The position numbers and the translations under genes were made by a program. 64,000 nt of DNA from Felis catus (lineage: Eukaryota). Numbering within the stretch: position 1 is the stretch's first letter; the number at the start of each line of letters is the position of its first letter. The notes under the pieces are model-generated. The model did not search any database and was not told the DNA's origin. It saw nothing but the letters and a program-made list of their open reading frames with translations. Location of the stretch: NCBI RefSeq assembly GCF_018350175.1, contig NC_058383.1, forward strand, positions 6,448,001-6,512,000. Direction: 5' to 3'. Of the stretch, positions 59,474 through 64,000 are shown in pieces.

Positions 59474-62404
59474 AGCAGAAATCTCCCCTTACAGAAACGC
59501 AGAGCTAGGGAACAGATGTTTCTCCTCCTTTTATCAGAACCAGGCACATGGTAGTAGTTTTCACTATCTTATTTACCCTATGATAAGGAGATATATAAAT
59601 ATCTCCATTTGTCAGGTGAGGAAAATGAGTTCAGAGAAGTTCAGTGACCTGCTCATGGTCATACGAGCCCTATGCTATGGAAAGGCAAACTGTCTTTTAT
59701 TTTAATTACTCTGGAGATTGATAAGGCTGCCCTCTGTTTAGGATTAACCAGGACAACTCAAGATCAAGGACCTGGTTTAGGTCAGGAGGGAAGGGGACTG
59801 AAGTTTCTGTGTACCGATGGTTCAACCCCCATGGATTATGGGAATTTTCTTCTGGCCTTGTGTTCAAACATGTGGGTGAATCAGCCCCCCAGTGAGGGTA
59901 AGGTTCCCCACTCACTCACAGCTCTCTCTCAGTACTGGGTCAGTTTGGGTTTTAGCCAAAAGTGATAACCCCATTGGCCTCTGAATTCAAGCTGAGCCTT
60001 TTCTTACCATGCGCTTAGGGAGGGAACAAAAGATAGGAAAAAATCTTTTTCTTAATTCTCTAATTCTTAAATAATGGTTAGCTCAGGAAGTTAAGGAAAC
60101 CAGAGGCTTGCCTCTGGACGAGTCCTACAATTAATGTATAGCCATCTCCTTTCAGGGCAAAAACCCAAAAGGGGTCCCTTCTGTTGAACTCTCACTTGGT
60201 GGGGGTTACTACTCACCACCCAGACTCAGGAGGTATTAGAGTCCTTCCACCTGCAAAGTCTTAGTCTCTGGTATTAGCCATCTTGTAAAACAGATTCTCT
60301 GCCCTGGCCTGGGGACTGTTAATTGCTGGGGCTTGCTGGTCCTGGTCCAACTGCTCTGTCTCCATACCATGAGGCCACAGTCCTGCCAACAAGCACCCAG
60401 AGGTGATGAGGCTCTTTTATCCCCTCTCCCCTAGCTGGTCACAAGGCTAGATATGCCATCCGTAGCCCTGAGATGTCATAAGCAAACCAGTACATGAGTC
60501 AACACTGAGCCAAGACCTCACAAGAGTTTAGTTTTCCAAAGTGGCTTTATATTCAGTGGCACAAATACTGACCAGGCTCTGAACAGGGCCTAGGTCTGGA
60601 CTCTGAGACACAGAGATGAATAATCAATAAGAAAGGACGCCCTCCCTGGCAGAGCTCGGAATCTGGTGGAGAGGAAGAAGCACACATCACCACAGGGCTG
60701 TGAGCAAATGTTCTGTGATGCTGTGTTTGCATCTCACCGGGGAGGATCACAGGGGAGGAATGACTGGTTTAACCTGAGGTGGCTGGGTGGAGCACCTTCA
60801 CGGAGGATGTGACCCGTAGAAAAGCCTAAGGCGGTGCCACTCCACGAGTGGTCCCTGTTTGTCACCTGCCCAAGACAACGAAAGTACAGAAACTGAGAGG
60901 AAGCTTTTAGAAATTTTTGTAACAATTGATACTGCTATGACATCCAAGTGCATGATCAATGTATTTTATAAAAGTATTAGTTTCTGGTATTAATTAAAAT
61001 AAATGAGAAAGAACAAAATGTTTAATGGAAATTAAAAAGAATAAGTAAAATTGATTGCTCACCAGATAGAGAAGGAAAGAAGAGAATTCCAGATGGAATT
61101 CATATGCCAACAGTGCCGAAGCTGGATTCATACAAGGGAACAGCATAGCTAGAGAAGAGGAGCTCAGGAAGGGGTGAGAGATGAAGCCAGAAGCACTGCC
61201 ACGTGTGAGGCTGTGAAGGGCCCCGTTGGGTACGAGTGTTCCATAATTTCCATAAGGAAATCTTGCTAATTTTGGAAATCCACGTGTGGGATGTGATAAG
61301 CAGTAGCTTTTCCTTCTTGGGAAGACATATCACAATGCAAAACAAGCCTGCTGGCCCCTCATGAGACACCACAGGCAGGCTTGTGGTGGGCACTCTGTCC
61401 CAGGGGATGGCACTCCAGCCTTCTCGATGGCCTGCATAGAGTCCAGGCCCAGTTGGGTGCCCCAAGCCCAAAGATGTCTAAACCTTCACAACCTCAGGCG
61501 GAATGAACCAGCTATGACCCAATGATGGTGTCCATTATGAGGAAGGAAGCATCCTGGGGACACTGTCTTTCTATTAAGAAGGAGGCAGAGATGTCAGAAC
61601 TCCTGGCTCTGGTCCACAAGGATTTTCTCAACCTCTCTCTCTTTTTTCTTTCAGGGTGATACACATCTCAACAGCAGACCACCGAGAGGGAAAATACATG
61701 AAAACAGGAAACTGGGTATCCTGAGAATGTTTACTATGCAAAGGAAAGTATAAGCCAGAAAGAGGTGCTACAGAATAAAGATAGCTGTGGGGGGAAAGGG
61801 TTTGGGGATGTAAATACCCAGGCATCAGAGGAACTAAAATTAGTGTGGCTTCTCTGAGACTGTATCAAGATGTGCAAGCACTTGGATAACAGTAACAGTG
61901 GGTCTGTTTTAGTTGAGATCCTACATGTTCATGTCAAAGACGGAATATGTAACTGTCTGTGTGACCTGGCTGTTTCTTGAAATAATTCCTCATGTGGACA
62001 ATTGTAATGCCCTGTCCCAATGCAGTTTAAATAAAAGAAACATGAAAAATAGACTAGGGATTGTTTGTAAGTGAAGAAATTTTATTTTTCTAAGGCTTCC
62101 AAACCCAAAGGCAATTTTTCAGTTATGTCAGAATTCTGCTTTATCCCTATATCCTAACTCACAGGCTTACTTCTATTGGAAACCATGAAAACTATGCAAT
62201 CTTGGTGAAAAGGTGTTCTGACATATGAAGACTAACTAGGTCTCGTAAAGCCGAGAAAGCTACAGAATCCCTGAAGGGATGTTAAGATCCATCCAGGCTG
62301 ATGACCCACAAGGCCCCCACATGCTCTACCTAGGCATCTCCCAGGATGTTCAGACATGGACAAGTTCTTCCTTAAATCAAGCCGAGACCTGCCCCCTAGT
62401 GGTA

Positions 62405-62406
<2 letters not shown>

Positions 62407-62436
<30 letters not shown>
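62407..62436. repeat. Poly-T run (30 nt)
   Basis: Homopolymer. Confidence 0.9.
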
Positions 62437-62440
<4 letters not shown>

Positions 62441-64000
62441 CTGGTTTTGATACCTAAGACCCTGCATAACAACCTCAGAGGAAGACAGTTCCCACAGTCC
62501 CTCCAAGATTTCTCTTCTCCAGGCTGAATATACCTGGGTCCTTCAACGTTCTCAAGTGTGAGAGGGTTTCCACTGTCACCTTTTAACATCCTCGACCCTG
62601 TTCCTCCCCTCACTTTCCTAGTCTTTGGAATGCAGGATTGGAAGAGACGGACGAGGAGGGCTCCCTGCCAGTGCACAGCCCTCAGAAGGCACCTCTCTCC
62701 AACTCTCTGGAAATGGTGTCTTCCCTTGACTTTCGCCACTCTGACCTCTCTCCAGTCCCCTGGCCTACGGAAATCATTATTCAGCTGGTAAAGGAAGGGA
62801 TGTTAACATTCCGTGGGTGACTCCCTCTCTCTCTTCACATTGGCCCATTTCAGTGCTGGCTTTCTCTAGACAGCTCCAGAGGGAACCACTTAGTTCCTTC
62901 TGTGCAAGTGGATCAAACATGGAGACACTGCCCTCTGGTGGTGGGGTCTCCAATGGCATTGTGTGAATTTTCTGGGGGACAACAAATCATAAAATCTTAG
63001 AATTACACATATCGGAATTTTAGGGTTCAAAGGGATATTCAGAGGGTGTCTAGTCCAACTCTTAGCCAATTGGAGATTCCCCTCTATAACATCCCTGAAA
63101 AAATGGTAACCCAACTTGTACCTGAACCCTTCCAGTGAGGAAAAAAAGGCAGCCCGTTGCAGTTTTGACTGACATTCATGGTTCAAAATAATATTGAACC
63201 AAAATGTCTCCCTGTATTCTGCCTTCATTTTGATCTACTCTTCACCTCTGTAATTACATAAAGTAAGTCTAATTCTTATACTTTGAAGTCAGATAAATAT
63301 GAGTTCCACTTTCTTTCTTTCTCATGCAGTGAGACCATGGGCAACTTAACCTATCTCACCTCCTGTTTTATCAACTACTAAATGAGGAATAATAACAGTA
63401 TCTGCCTCTTAGGAATGTGAAGTTTAAACAAGATAACCTGGCACAGAGCCTATTATGCATAACACTTAGACACTTGCCACGTTTCTTCTAGCATTCTTTA
63501 GGACTTAACACTCAATCTCCCAAGGGAGGCTAGGCCTGGCCTACCAGTCCAGCAGCTTATAGCAACAAGCCTCTTGCTGGACAAATGCAAGGGGAATTCC
63601 ACGGAATTTTAAGAACTTACCATTGTTTCCTGGTGGGTGGTCTACTCATGGTCTCCCTACATTTGGAGAATTCCAGAGCAGCTCCTCACTTTGCTCGGGG
63701 AAGGGGAGGGGAGGCAGAGGAAATAGATGTAGATGGGCTAAGTGACTTGCCCAAGACCATTCAGTTAGTGACAGAGCTAAACATCCTTTGTTGAGTGGGG
63801 TGAGGGAAGCTTTTAGACCCAGTATTTATGAGAGAATGGACTTCACTTAGACACACATGCTGTTTTTGCCCAAGGACATGTAATTTCAGAATGGCGCAAA
63901 AGCCTAAAAGGATATAATCTATGGCTTTGCAAAATAATAACATTAAATTAGTATCCACGATGACCAAACTCAGGGCACTGGCACCAGGTACTGCAGAGTA

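Noticed and set aside
62637-62787. Possible plus-strand exon (tgcag|...cagctg|gtaaag; LEETDEEGSLP...)
   Set aside because: Unrecognised peptide, no partner exons and only moderate splice signals.

Overview
Mammalian genomic DNA, most likely from a felid because the young CAN-SINEs are SINEC_Fc-like. It holds essentially the whole coding region of MYH16, the superfast/masticatory (jaw-closing muscle) myosin heavy chain, on the + strand from ATG 353 to TGA 58385. I reconstruct 42 coding exons. All readable splice sites are GT-AG and the reading frame is consistent throughout, with no stop or frameshift in readable sequence, predicting about 1945 aa. The codon-660 site that is frameshifted in human is intact here. 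Two exons (12 and 14) are mostly hidden by N runs, and one (37, predicted 193 nt) is missing from readable sequence and probably lies in the N run at 52567-52786. The promoter and 5' non-coding exon(s) are outside the window. Introns carry about 18 CAN-SINEs (some nested or inverted), a Tigger-like DNA transposon, MLT1 LTRs, L1 fragments and simple repeats. I found no convincing new biological system. The most notable points are the extensively remodelled intron map relative to MYH7-type genes, gap-masked exons that could cause a false pseudogene call, an intron at loop 1 that is open in frame, and an unresolved 3' end. Repeat family names and MYH7 exon sizes are from recall, not from a database search.
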